From Gemmatimonadota bacterium (GTDB lineage: Bacteria > Gemmatimonadota > Gemmatimonadetes > Longimicrobiales > Gaopeijiaceae): a DNA stretch of 64,000 bases. How positions within the stretch are numbered: position 1 is the stretch's first letter; each line of letters starts with the position of its first letter. Of this stretch, positions 1 to 11,030 are shown piece by piece. The translations under genes and the position numbers were made by a program. The stretch is from assembly GCA_039589315.1 (NCBI GenBank), contig JBDHHQ010000001.1, forward strand, positions 32,001 to 96,000, read 5' to 3'. The notes under the pieces are model-generated. The model saw only the letters and a program-made list of their open reading frames with translations. It was not told where the DNA came from and did no database searches.

Positions 1-2
1 AG

Positions 3-131
3 GGCATCGAAAAGGGCGACCGAAGGGGCGACCAGTACGTGGAGGTCCGGGTGGAGGTCCCGGAGAAGATCTCCGAGGACGAGCAGAAGGCCATGGAGGA
101 GTTCGCGGACGCGGCCGGCCTGAAGCACTGA
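3..131 (+). CDS. dnaJ: DnaJ-family chaperone, C-terminal fragment (5' truncated by window edge)
   Basis: Manual translation GIEKGDRRGDQYVEVRVEVPEKISEDEQKAMEEFADAAGLKH*; GDQYVxVxVxVPxKxS is the DnaJ C-terminal domain end. Confidence 0.75.
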   Translation, partial: GIEKGDRRGDQYVEVRVEVPEKISEDEQKAMEEFADAAGLKH

Positions 132-266
132 GCCCCGCTACGCCGGCCGGAGCACGATGGGTACGGCGGGGGCATGGTCGTTTCCCTGCACAGCCGCGCC
201 AGGGGCCCCGCGCGATCCGGTCCGCTCTACGGCCCAGCCACGGGAAGGGGTGGGGCCGCGGTGGGG

Positions 267-1370
267 TCAGACGGCGACGCCCCGGAGGGCGTGCTGGATC
301 CGCCCGCCACCGAGCACCCGGTCCCCGTCGAAGATCACCGCTGACTGACCGGGCGTGATGGCCCGCTGCTCCTCATCGAAGGCCAACTCGAGGACCTCGC
401 CCCCGCGCGCCACAGTCGCGGACACGGCGGCGGCCCGATACCTGGGCTGAACCTGCACACGGCTACCGGACGCCGGCGGAGGGGCGAGCCAGTTCAGCTC
501 TCCGACCTCCACGCCGACGCTGCTCAGCTCTGCGAGCGGACCCACGACCACCGCCCGGGCCTCCGGCCAGATCTCGAGGACGTAGAGGGCCTCGGGGAAC
601 CCGCCGCCCAACCCTCTCCGCTGGCCTACGGTGAAGCCTGCGTAGCCCCCGTGCTCGCCCAGGACCTCTCCCTCGCGGGTGACGATGGGGCCGGGCAGGA
701 GCGATGGGTGGGCGAGGGGTAGCCGCTTCTCCAGGAAGTCGCGGTAATGGCCCGTCGGCACGAAGCAGATCTCCTGGGATTCGGGCTTGTCGGCCGTGAT
801 GAGGCCCAGTTCCCGGGCCCGTGCCCGGACCTCGGTCTTGGTCAGCTCGCCGAGGGGGAACTCGAGGCGGGGGAGCATCTCCCGGGGGAGGCCCCAGAGG
901 AAGTAGGACTGGTCCTTGGAGCCGTCGACCCCCCTCAATATCGCCGACGAGCTGGGGCCGTGGCGGACGCGCACGTAGTGCCCGGAAGCCACGGCATCGC
1001 ATCCCAGCAGCCGGCCCCGGGCGAGAAGGTCCCGGAACTTGGTGTTGGAGTTGCACCGGACGCAGGGATTCGGTGTCCGGCCGCGGGCGTACTCCGAGAC
1101 GAAGTCGTCGATCACGTCGCGGGTGAACTCCTCCTCCACGTCGTACACGTAGTGGGGGATGCCCAGGTCGTGCGCGACGCGGCGAGCGTCGGCGATTCCG
1201 TCCAGGCCGCAACACGTCTTCGCAGGCCCCGTAGTGCCGCTGTAGCAGAAGGTCTTCATGGTGGCGCCCACCACCTCGAACCCCTCCTCGACCAGCAACG
1301 CGGCCGCCACTGACGAGTCCACTCCGCCGGACATGGCCACCAGGACCCGCCGGGGTCGAGGCCGGCTCAC
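267..1370 (-). CDS. mnmA: tRNA 2-thiouridine(34) synthase MnmA
   Basis: AMSGGVDSS, TPNPCVRCN, KDQSYFL, ESQEICF, TVGQRRGLG, TPGQSAV motifs; start set at GTG 1370, overlapping the iscS stop (GTGA). Confidence 0.96.
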   Translation of the reverse strand: MSRPRPRRVLVAMSGGVDSSVAAALLVEEGFEVVGATMKTFCYSGTTGPAKTCCGLDGIADARRVAHDLGIPHYVYDVEEEFTRDVIDDFVSEYARGRTPNPCVRCNSNTKFRDLLARGRLLGCDAVASGHYVRVRHGPSSSAILRGVDGSKDQSYFLWGLPREMLPRLEFPLGELTKTEVRARARELGLITADKPESQEICFVPTGHYRDFLEKRLPLAHPSLLPGPIVTREGEVLGEHGGYAGFTVGQRRGLGGGFPEALYVLEIWPEARAVVVGPLAELSSVGVEVGELNWLAPPPASGSRVQVQPRYRAAAVSATVARGGEVLELAFDEEQRAITPGQSAVIFDGDRVLGGGRIQHALRGVAV

Positions 1371-2530
1371 CCCCGAACGCTCCCGGCCAGCTCGCGGAGG
1401 CGCTCGATCACCTGCGACGCGACCCCGGCCGCACGACGCACGCGGCCGTCGTCCGAGAGGTGCCCCAGGCTGAACCGCACCGAGGCCTGGCTGGCGCCCG
1501 GGCCGTAGAGAGCCGTCAGGACGTGGCTGGCCTTCGAGGCGCCGCTGTGGCACGCCGAGCCGCTCGAGACGGCCACGCCTTCCATGTCCAGCGCTTGCAC
1601 CAAGGCGGTGGCGTCCACGCCGGGGACTCCCAGGTTGGCCACGTGGGGCGCACGGGTACCCTCGCCGCCGTGCACGGTGAGGTCCGGAAAGCGCTCCAAC
1701 AGCGACGACTCGAGGCCGTCACGCAGCGCCGCCAGGCGCAGGGACTCCCGGGGCTGCTCTTCGACGGCCAGGGCAATGGCCTCGGCCAACCCCACCGCGC
1801 CGGCCACGTCCTCGGTGCCCGGGCGTAGCCCGCGCTCCTGACCTCCTCCCACCAGACTCGGGACCAGCTCGGTTCCCTCGCGAACGAACAAGATGCCGGC
1901 CCCGCCGGGCCCGTAGATCTTGTGGCCGGTCACGGTGAGCAGGTCCACCGGTGTCTGGTCCACCCGGACCGGGATCTTGCCTATGGCCTGCACCGCGTCC
2001 GTGTGCATCGGTACGCCGGCTGCCCGAGCCCGGGCCGCCAGCTCGGGCACCGGCAGGACGAGCCCCACCTCGTTGTTCACCCACATCACCGAGAGGACGT
2101 CCGGGCGGAGCGACAGCACTTCGTCCAGGACGTCCCCGTCGAGGGATCCGTCGGGGTCGACCGGGATCCGGTGCGCATCGCCGCCCCGTGCCTCCACACG
2201 GTCCAGGGACTCCAGCACCGCCGAGTGCTCCACGGTGCTCGCCGCGACCCGGGGCCGGTCGCCCCGGGCGCGGGCGACGGCTGCCCGCCCGCGCACGGCC
2301 ATGTTGTCCGACTCGGTGCCGCCACGCACGAAGTAGATCTCCGTGGGGCGAGCGCCGAGAGCGGCCGCGACGCGCTCCCGCGCCTCTGCCAGGGCCGCGG
2401 CCGCCCTACGACCGAATCGGTGGACGCTGGAGGGGTTGCCGAAGGCCTCGCCCATCCACGGGTCCATGGCGTCGCGGACTTCGCGTCGGAGGGGTGTGGT
2501 GGCTGCGTGATCCAGGTAGATGGCGTCCAT
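1367..2530 (-). CDS. iscS: Cysteine desulfurase (IscS/NifS type)
   Basis: YLDHAATTP, GNPSSVH, TGHKIYGP (PLP Lys), SSGSACHS (catalytic Cys); coupled to mnmA. Confidence 0.93.
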   Translation of the reverse strand: MDAIYLDHAATTPLRREVRDAMDPWMGEAFGNPSSVHRFGRRAAAALAEARERVAAALGARPTEIYFVRGGTESDNMAVRGRAAVARARGDRPRVAASTVEHSAVLESLDRVEARGGDAHRIPVDPDGSLDGDVLDEVLSLRPDVLSVMWVNNEVGLVLPVPELAARARAAGVPMHTDAVQAIGKIPVRVDQTPVDLLTVTGHKIYGPGGAGILFVREGTELVPSLVGGGQERGLRPGTEDVAGAVGLAEAIALAVEEQPRESLRLAALRDGLESSLLERFPDLTVHGGEGTRAPHVANLGVPGVDATALVQALDMEGVAVSSGSACHSGASKASHVLTALYGPGASQASVRFSLGHLSDDGRVRRAAGVASQVIERLRELAGSVRG

Positions 2531-2575
2531 GCGTCAGGTCGCGGCTCGAGGGAAGTCGGTCGGCGGCCTCCGCCA

Positions 2576-2627
2576 TTGCACGGCAGGACGCCTTCGGTAA
2601 GTTATCGACGATGCGCCAGACCTGGAA
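2576..2627. promoter_or_regulatory. Putative bidirectional sigma-70 promoter for iscS-mnmA and the HIRAN gene
   Basis: + strand TTGCAC(2576)-N16-TAAGTT(2598); - strand TTCCAG(2627)-N17-TAACTT(2604); the two -10 elements overlap. Confidence 0.4.
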
Positions 2628-2645
2628 CCAACCTGGGAAGACCCC

Positions 2646-2984
2646 GTGACCCTCCGGCCCCCTCCGTTCCCCGAGGGCCGGCCTCGGCGGTTCCGCGCGA
2701 CCGTCCACGGGACCGTCTTCGCGGACCGGGACCGCCACCTCCCCGGCCTCGCGGCGGGCGACACCCTCGTGCTGATTCCCGATCCGCCCGGTCAGGACGA
2801 CCCCGACGTCTGGGTGCACCTCCGGTCCGGCGATCCGATTGGACACTTGCCGCCCGAGATCGGGGCCTGGTTGGCCCCCTGGATGCGGGGGGGTGGGGGG
2901 GCCAGGGCCCGGATGCTCAAGGTCGGAGGGGCGGACGTCCCGAGCTGGCGACGGGTCCTCGTGGAAGTGGACTGCGGAAGCTGA
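2646..2984 (+). CDS. Standalone HIRAN-domain protein
   Basis: 112 aa; pattern VHGT..-LxxGDxLxLxPDP..DxxxVxV..GxxIGxLP..AxxLAPxM resembles the HIRAN fold. Confidence 0.7.
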   Translation: MTLRPPPFPEGRPRRFRATVHGTVFADRDRHLPGLAAGDTLVLIPDPPGQDDPDVWVHLRSGDPIGHLPPEIGAWLAPWMRGGGGARARMLKVGGADVPSWRRVLVEVDCGS

Positions 2985-3005
2985 GGCTTAGTGTGGCGGT
3001 GCACA

Positions 3006-3728
3006 CTAGTAGGTGGAGATCCGGAGGCTCCCGAGGGTGTCGGCGGAGACGGTCTCGCGGGTCCAGAAGGGCTCCCCGTAGGGGACCCGGATGAGCGAGC
3101 CGTAGGCCGCCGACTGGGCTCGGATCTGCTCGTCCAAAGGCCGTCCACCGGGAAACACCTCACCGGCCTGCACGGCGCCGCCGAACTGAGAGACGTAGCA
3201 GGCCACCGCTTCCAGCTTGCGCTCGACCTGGTCGGTGACGTCCACCACGAACGTGGGCTTCACTGCATCCTCCCGGAAGGTCATGGCGTGGACGACCTTG
3301 TCCGGCCGGTGCGCCTGGCCCGGTGCGTCGAATCCCTTCAGCCCCGCGAGGAAGCTGGCGTCGTAGACCAGCTCAGCGGCCCGTCGGTGGTCCGGGTGGC
3401 GACCGCTCATGAAATGGGTCACGACGATCCGGGGACGGAGCTCCCGGATCAACGCGGCCACGGTGCGGCGAGCTTCAGGCGTGCTGGCCAGACGCGTGTC
3501 GGGCAGGCCCGCGTTGCGGCGGACCGCCAGGCCCAGGATCTCGGCTGCCCGGGCCGCCTCGTCGGCTCGCTGCTTGGGCGTGCCCAACGTCCCGGCCTCG
3601 CCACGGGTCAGGTCGACGATTCCGGTGCGCTCTCCTGCATCGGCGCTCTTGGCCAGCGAGCCGCCGCACAGCAGCTCCGCGTCGTCGGGGTGGGCCATGA
3701 TGGCCACGACGTCCAGGGGTTCGCTCAA
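3006..3728 (-). CDS. bshB1: Bacillithiol biosynthesis deacetylase BshB1 (PIG-L/LmbE family)
   Basis: AHPDDAEL, DLTRGEAGT, RHPDH motifs; C-terminal YGEPF. Confidence 0.85.
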   Translation of the reverse strand: MSEPLDVVAIMAHPDDAELLCGGSLAKSADAGERTGIVDLTRGEAGTLGTPKQRADEAARAAEILGLAVRRNAGLPDTRLASTPEARRTVAALIRELRPRIVVTHFMSGRHPDHRRAAELVYDASFLAGLKGFDAPGQAHRPDKVVHAMTFREDAVKPTFVVDVTDQVERKLEAVACYVSQFGGAVQAGEVFPGGRPLDEQIRAQSAAYGSLIRVPYGEPFWTRETVSADTLGSLRISTY

Positions 3729-3735
3729 GGCTCGT

Positions 3736-5007
<1,272 letters not shown>

Positions 5008-5097
5008 GGGCTCACCTCCCGTCGGACCCGACCCTCTGTCCGGCGCCCGCAGGGCGGCGGGCGGCGATCGGCCCAGGGACGCACGGTGACGGTGGCA

Positions 5098-6336
5098 TCA
5101 CTCATAGCGGAGCGCGTCCACGGGGTCGAGTCGGGCGGCCCGAGCCGCCGGGTAGACGCCGGCCACCACGCCCACGGTCACGCCGAGCGCGACGCCGACG
5201 GCGATCCACCGGGGGGCCACGGCAGCCGGCAGCGGGGACACCGCGCCCACCAGGATCGTCAAGCCGATCCCGATGCCCACGCCCAGCAGGGCGCCGAAAC
5301 CCGACAGGGTGGCCGACTCGATGAGCACCTGGATCAGGATGTCGCGCTGCCTGGCTCCGATGGCCTTGCGCACGCCGATCTCCCGCGTCCGCTCCATGAC
5401 AGAGACCAGCATGATGTTCATGATCACGATGCCACCGACGACCAACGAGATGGAGACCAGACCCGGCAGCGCGAGGAAGAGGATCCGGGAGATGCGGTCC
5501 CAGAACGAGAGCGAGGCGTCGGCGGTGACCAGGGCGAAGTTGTTCTCCTCCGCCGGTCGCAGCCGCCGCCGGACCCTCATGATCCCTTCGGCCTCCATGG
5601 CGACGGCGTCCATCAGCCCGGGATCGTCGGTCTGGATGAGAACGTCCTCGACCACGTTGCCCCGCGTCATGTACCGACGGATCGGGGAGTGGATCGGCAT
5701 CACGGCTATGTTGTCCAGAGACTGGCCCAGAATGGAGCCTTGTTCTTCGAGCACGCCGATTACCCGGTACGGGAAGCCCCGCACCTGAACACGCTGGCCT
5801 ATGGGGTCGGAGTCCGGGAAGAGGATCCCCACGGTCTCGGTGCCCAGCACCGCCACAGGGACTCCCTGCTCGGCCTCTTCGGGCGAGAAGGGCCGGCCCA
5901 GCGCCACGTCCAGGTCCCGGATCTCGAAGACTTCCGGCGTGGCGGCAACGAGGATGACGTTCTCCACGCTCCGGCCTCTCGGCCCCTCGATCTCGCCGCT
6001 CCGGTCGTTCAAGACGCCGACGCGCACGGGGAGGGTGAGCCGTTCGCGGAGGTACTGGGCGTCCTCGAACTCGACGGGAGGACGGCGGGCCCAGGCACGA
6101 CGCTGCTCGTCGCTGGTGTTGATCTGGATGTCGGTGCGGCGGAGCGTGACGGTGTTGAGGCCGAAGACCTGCTCCGCGAAGTCCTCTTTGATGTACTGGT
6201 CCAGGCCCTCGACGACGCTGACCACGACGATGAGGAACATCACCCCTATCACGACGCCCAGGACGCTGAAGAAGCTCTTCAGCTTCTGGCTGTGGATCTG
6301 GCCGAAGGCCAGCCGGATCCCCTCCCAGACGTGCAT
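5098..6336 (-). CDS. MacB/FtsX-family ABC transporter permease (no fused NBD)
   Basis: VGGIVIMNIMLVSVMERTREIGVRKAIGA; PAARAARLDPVDALRYE. Confidence 0.93.
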   Translation of the reverse strand: MHVWEGIRLAFGQIHSQKLKSFFSVLGVVIGVMFLIVVVSVVEGLDQYIKEDFAEQVFGLNTVTLRRTDIQINTSDEQRRAWARRPPVEFEDAQYLRERLTLPVRVGVLNDRSGEIEGPRGRSVENVILVAATPEVFEIRDLDVALGRPFSPEEAEQGVPVAVLGTETVGILFPDSDPIGQRVQVRGFPYRVIGVLEEQGSILGQSLDNIAVMPIHSPIRRYMTRGNVVEDVLIQTDDPGLMDAVAMEAEGIMRVRRRLRPAEENNFALVTADASLSFWDRISRILFLALPGLVSISLVVGGIVIMNIMLVSVMERTREIGVRKAIGARQRDILIQVLIESATLSGFGALLGVGIGIGLTILVGAVSPLPAAVAPRWIAVGVALGVTVGVVAGVYPAARAARLDPVDALRYE

Positions 6337-6356
6337 GGCTCAGACCCCCTTCCGCA

Positions 6357-7661
6357 TCAGTACTCGGGGCCCCCTGCCCTGCCCTCGGCGTTGGATTCCG
6401 CCTCCTTGACGGCGTCCCCGTCGCTCAGGTTCCGGATCCGCTGGTAGGGTCCCGCCACCACCGTGTCCCCCTCTTCGACGCCCGCCACGACCTCGAAGTA
6501 CTCCTGTCCGGTGATGCCGATCTCCACCTCAGCGAACGTCACGGTCCCTTCCGTGACCACGAAGACGCCTTCGGTAGGCTTGTCGAGACGGCTGCGGGCC
6601 ACCGGCCCTTCCGGACGCTGCTCGGTCTCGTCCTCCTCGTCGGGGGGGGCGCGGTCGCCGTCCCCGTCCTCCCGCACGGTCACGGAGATGATGGGCACGG
6701 CCAGGACGTCCCTCCGCGTGTCTATGATGACGTCGGCGGTAGCGGACAGATCCGGGCGGATGTTGTCCGGTGGGTCGGTCATCGTGATCACCACCTCGAA
6801 GTCGACGGCCTGGGCCTGGCCGGCAGCGGCCGTGGACGAAGGCGGCCGGATGGCGCTGTTGCCAATCTCGGTCACCCGGCCGTCGAACCGGGTGTCGGGG
6901 AAGGCGTCCAGCTCCACGACCGCGCTGTCCCCCAGAGCGACGAGGGGCACGTCGGTCTCATCCACCTCCATCACGGCTTCCACGACCGAGAGGTCCGACA
7001 CGGTCAGGAGGAGGCTCCCCGGGTTGTTCATCGTCCCGATGACGACGGTCTCGCCCAGCTCGATGTTGAGGCGCGTGACTTTGCCGGAGATGGGGGCTCG
7101 GATGACCGTCTTGGACAAGAACTCCTGGGCTTCCGTCAAGGCGGCCCGGGCCTGGGCGACCCCGAACTCCAGGGACTGCTGCTGAGCCCGGGCCACCTGG
7201 AGAGCCGTCTCGGCGTCCTGCACCTGCTGGGTCGAGACGAGCAGTGAGTCCCGCTGGCTCAAGGCCAAGATGCGGTCGTAGTCACGCTGGGCACGGATGA
7301 CGTGGGCCTCCTGCTCCAGCACCCGGGCCTGGGCCTGGCTCAGCGCACCCTCGTTCCGGGCGACGGCAGCCTGATACTGGGTCGGATCGATGCGGAGCAG
7401 GATGGCCCGGGCCTGGACGTCGTCTCCCTCGTCGACGTTGAGCTCCACCACGCGGCCCTGGACGTCGGCGCTGATGTCCACGGTCCGCCGGGCCCGCACG
7501 TGGCCGCTGGCGGTCACGGTGGCCACCAGATCCCGGCGCCCCACCTCCTCGAGTCGGACCTCAACGCCCCGATCCCGACCCTGAAGGACGGCCAGGACGG
7601 CCGCAGCGGCCACCACGAGGACCACCACTATCCCAACCACCACCTTGCGTCGTGAGCTCAT
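6357..7661 (-). CDS. Efflux periplasmic adaptor (MacA/HlyD family)
   Basis: N-terminal TM; lipoyl halves (V.EGD.V; IRAPISGKV); coiled-coil hairpin; VDETDV; VLAVP. Confidence 0.92.
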   Translation of the reverse strand: MSSRRKVVVGIVVVLVVAAAAVLAVLQGRDRGVEVRLEEVGRRDLVATVTASGHVRARRTVDISADVQGRVVELNVDEGDDVQARAILLRIDPTQYQAAVARNEGALSQAQARVLEQEAHVIRAQRDYDRILALSQRDSLLVSTQQVQDAETALQVARAQQQSLEFGVAQARAALTEAQEFLSKTVIRAPISGKVTRLNIELGETVVIGTMNNPGSLLLTVSDLSVVEAVMEVDETDVPLVALGDSAVVELDAFPDTRFDGRVTEIGNSAIRPPSSTAAAGQAQAVDFEVVITMTDPPDNIRPDLSATADVIIDTRRDVLAVPIISVTVREDGDGDRAPPDEEDETEQRPEGPVARSRLDKPTEGVFVVTEGTVTFAEVEIGITGQEYFEVVAGVEEGDTVVAGPYQRIRNLSDGDAVKEAESNAEGRAGGPEY

Positions 7662-7694
7662 TGGGTGCCTCGGTGCGTGCTCCGATGTCTGTCG

Positions 7695-9200
7695 CTACTG
7701 GTCGCGCAACGACGTTCCCACGACGGCCTCGAGCCGGGCCAGCGTGTCATGATAGGCGAAGACGGCGGCGATCAGCTCCCGGTCCGCCTGAGCCTTCACC
7801 GTCTCCGCCTCCACCAGCTCCACGAAGCTGGTGAACCCGAGCTGGTACTGCTCTCGGGCCAGCCGGAGTTGCTCGTCTGCGAGCTGTTGGTTCCGCTGCT
7901 CGATCAGAGCAGCCTGGTACGCCGCTCGGAGCCGCGCCAGCCCCGAGCCGATTTCGGCCTGAAGCGCCAGCTGCTGCTCACGGATGCGGTAGTCGAAATC
8001 CTCTCGCTGGACCTGGGCGGCCTCCACGTCGCGCTGACGGTTCAAGCCCTGGAATATGGGCAGGTTGACGGTCAGGCCCACCTGGGCCGGCTGGGCCGTG
8101 AAGTTGAACGGGAACTGGCTGTTGCCGCTCACGATGGCGTCACGCTGCGCGTCGGTGAACGCGAAGGCGTTGCAGTCCTGGGTGGGCAGGGGGTCCGCCA
8201 GGCGCCGGAACAGCTCGTTCAGCGCGGCGCAGTTCTGCATCTGGTTCTGGGCCGCAGCTTGACCCTGTGCCAGCAGGAATCCGGTATTGCTGGCTTCGCG
8301 GGTGAATCCCCCGATGCCGGCCTGGACGTTCAGTCGCGGGAGGTACGCCGACTTCGCGATACGCACGTCGTAGTCCGACGCGTCGCGGTTGGCTCTGAGG
8401 GCCCCGAGAGTCGGGTTCATGTCCAGCGCCAGGTCGTACAGGTCCAGACCGTCGAAGACGGGCTCGAAGAGATCGAACGTCGAAGTCAGGTCGTGACGCC
8501 GATCCAGGTCCAGGCCCAGACGTCTCAGCAGCTCGAACCGCTGGGCCTCCAGGTCACTCGTCGTCACCAGGATCGCCACCTCGGCTCGACCCACCGCCAC
8601 CTCGGCCTGCTGCACGTCGATGATGGTGGCCGATCCCACTTCGCGGCGGCCCCGGGCGAGGCGGACATTGTACTCGGCCCGCTCGAGCTCCTCCCTGGCA
8701 ACCCGAAGACGCTCCTGCTCGTTCAGCACGTTCAGGTACGCCTGCGTCACACCGAGCACCAGCTCGGCGTCTGCGGTGCGGATGTCGGCCTCCGTCGCGG
8801 TGCGCCAGGCCTTGGCCTGACCCGGTTGGAGGATCGTACGGCCGTCCAGCAGATAGCTCAGTCCCAGGCTGTAGCTGGAGAAGTAGTACGACGGCGGATC
8901 CACGACGCCCAGCTCCGCAGCCGTGATGCTCCCGAAGACCTGTTCGCCGCCGCCCTGCCAGGACACCCCGGCGTTTGCCGAGAGTGAGGGAATCAGCGAT
9001 CCGTATGCCGACTTCACGTCCCAGTCGGCGACCGCGCGGCCGTTCCTCACGACCTGGAAGGCGGGGTTGTATTGTCGCGCCGTGACGAGGGCCTCTTCCA
9101 GTGTGAGGTCCACCGCCTCGTCTTCCTGTCCGGCCGCCGGGCTGGCCAGGGCCAGAATCGCGAGGCCAGCCACGGTGGCGGGTATTCCGAGCTTGAGCAC
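7695..9200 (-). CDS. TolC-family outer membrane efflux protein
   Basis: Signal peptide; LTLEEA..ARQYNP; AKSAYLPRL; LPIFQG; YQLGFTSFVEL repeats. Confidence 0.9.
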   Translation of the reverse strand: MLKLGIPATVAGLAILALASPAAGQEDEAVDLTLEEALVTARQYNPAFQVVRNGRAVADWDVKSAYGSLIPSLSANAGVSWQGGGEQVFGSITAAELGVVDPPSYYFSSYSLGLSYLLDGRTILQPGQAKAWRTATEADIRTADAELVLGVTQAYLNVLNEQERLRVAREELERAEYNVRLARGRREVGSATIIDVQQAEVAVGRAEVAILVTTSDLEAQRFELLRRLGLDLDRRHDLTSTFDLFEPVFDGLDLYDLALDMNPTLGALRANRDASDYDVRIAKSAYLPRLNVQAGIGGFTREASNTGFLLAQGQAAAQNQMQNCAALNELFRRLADPLPTQDCNAFAFTDAQRDAIVSGNSQFPFNFTAQPAQVGLTVNLPIFQGLNRQRDVEAAQVQREDFDYRIREQQLALQAEIGSGLARLRAAYQAALIEQRNQQLADEQLRLAREQYQLGFTSFVELVEAETVKAQADRELIAAVFAYHDTLARLEAVVGTSLRDQ

Positions 9201-9415
9201 GTTCAGCTCCTGAATGCCATTTCGAGAGATTTCGCTCCTCCCCCCGCGTCTCCCCGGATCATCCCCATCCCCGCGCCGGGGGGTTCATCGTTCTACACAG
9301 ATGTTTACGGCCGAGGGACCCTGGCAAGGATCCCGTGCCGCTCGAGTCGTCGCCCGAGCGTTTGCAGAGCTTACGGAGAACGGAGGCGGCTCCTTCAAGA
9401 GACGGGCGCAGTCCG

Positions 9416-10123
9416 TCAGCCTCGGGGCGGATCCTGGCGGTTGGCGATGAAGCCGAGTGCGGGATCCTCGACGCGCAGGACCCGTCCCTGCCCGTCGAGC
9501 CACACCTCCCGCCGGTCGTCGCCGCTGGTCAGGGTGACATGCGTCGCGTCCAACGACGCGCTCCCCACGCGAACGGATGCTCCTGTCTCCACAGTCACCA
9601 GGAAGCGGCTGACGTCGCCCGCCCTGGGTGTCAGGACCCAGACCGACTCGGCTTCCGCCGCGAGGGCTGGTGCGAGGAGGAAGTACTGATGGGCGACAGC
9701 CTCCTCCAGGATCACCGAGCCGGGCCTGAATCGGAACTCCCGCTGCTGCTCTCCGGCGTCGGATCGGACATTGGCCACGAACCGGCGTCCCTCGGCTCGC
9801 AGGTAGATCTCCTCTCTTTCGTCTCCCGACACTTCCACCTGGTAGGCGTAGACGCCGAGCGCTCGCCCCCGTGCCTCGAGAAGCGGCACGACGTCTCGGG
9901 CGCCGGAAGGCAGCGACCACTGGATGTGACCCTGGGCGATCACGCGGGCGTCATCGCCCGAGCCGGCACGACGCACGGTGAAGGTCTCCGTGCCCGCGCC
10001 TCCGCCGGCCAGGGACACCGAGAACGCACCCTCGTCGAGGGTCACGTTCTGAGCGACCGCCCCGCCACCGGGAGGGAACACCAGGCCGCCTGCCATCAGT
10101 AGTGCAATGTGAAGACGCGTCAT
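9416..10123 (-). CDS. Secreted hypothetical protein, predicted beta-rich
   Basis: Start moved to ATG 10123 (MTRLHIALLMAGG..AVAQ, signal-peptide-like); alternating beta-strand pattern, EVWLDGQGRVLRV. Confidence 0.7.
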   Translation of the reverse strand: MTRLHIALLMAGGLVFPPGGGAVAQNVTLDEGAFSVSLAGGGAGTETFTVRRAGSGDDARVIAQGHIQWSLPSGARDVVPLLEARGRALGVYAYQVEVSGDEREEIYLRAEGRRFVANVRSDAGEQQREFRFRPGSVILEEAVAHQYFLLAPALAAEAESVWVLTPRAGDVSRFLVTVETGASVRVGSASLDATHVTLTSGDDRREVWLDGQGRVLRVEDPALGFIANRQDPPRG

Positions 10124-10179
10124 GGATCCGTCCGATGCGCAGGAGGCACGCCGTTCGCGCTTCCGCCGAGTCGCCCGCT

Positions 10180-10208
10180 GATACACGGCGCTCGGTAAGA
10201 GGTTCGCG
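10180..10208 (-). promoter_or_regulatory. Putative ECF-sigma promoter motif, copy 1
   Basis: CGCGAAC-N14-CGTGTATC upstream of the 10123 gene. Confidence 0.4.
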
Positions 10209-10256
10209 GGTTCCCCCGCTCTGGGAGGAGCACGAGAACGAGGCTGCAGCGGGAGC

Positions 10257-11030
10257 TCAGGCGGGTCGCCGCTCGCGCATCGCCCTGCGGACGCCGTCGA
10301 CGTAGCGCTGGTAGATGCGGCGCCCCGTCTCGGCCGACGCGCGCGACGGGCGACCGACGGCCCCCTGCGAAGAGGGCGGGGGTGTGGGGACACGTCCCCG
10401 CACATATCTTCGCAGGGTTCCGGGGGCCAGGAGGTAGTCCGCGATCATCCGGGTGCGCACACGCTCCGGCGCCAGGTGCAGGAGCAGGGAAGTCTCCACC
10501 TCGCCCGCATGCTCGGCCTCCGGCGACACCTCGATGACGTCGCTCACGTCGATGGCGTAGAGATCGACCACCGTGGTGACGGACTTGGTGGTGAGGGCCA
10601 TGAGAAGGGCATCCACATGGGGCTCGTACCGATGGGCCGTAACGATGATGAACTCCTGGAAACCGTGGTCCTCCCAACTGGCGAGGAGCTCGTTGACGGC
10701 CCTGTGGAACGTCTTGCGCCGGAGAGCGGCCGTGCCGGAATACGGGTGCTTGGCCGGCAGCCCGACGCCATAGGGGAATACGGGCCCGCGCAGGATTCCC
10801 AGATCCTCAGAGAGATCCCGGGCAACGTGGGTCGCGATGAACGTGTTGGTGCCGAGCGGCAGGTGGGGACCGTGCTGCTCCAGGGCTCCGACAGGAAGGA
10901 TCAGCCTGGGATCCCGGACGACGGCTCTGCTGACCTCCCTCCACGTGAGCTCGTCCAGGGCGTATGACGGCGGACCCGACCGCGCCGGCCGCTCCGGGAA
11001 GGGCTCCTCGCCTGCGTCGGCTTCTGTCAT
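10257..11030 (-). CDS. Creatininase/MftE-family amidohydrolase
   Basis: LTWREV, LPVGALEQHGPHLPLGT, HAGEVETS, GAVGRPSRASAETG. Confidence 0.88.
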   Translation of the reverse strand: MTEADAGEEPFPERPARSGPPSYALDELTWREVSRAVVRDPRLILPVGALEQHGPHLPLGTNTFIATHVARDLSEDLGILRGPVFPYGVGLPAKHPYSGTAALRRKTFHRAVNELLASWEDHGFQEFIIVTAHRYEPHVDALLMALTTKSVTTVVDLYAIDVSDVIEVSPEAEHAGEVETSLLLHLAPERVRTRMIADYLLAPGTLRRYVRGRVPTPPPSSQGAVGRPSRASAETGRRIYQRYVDGVRRAMRERRPA

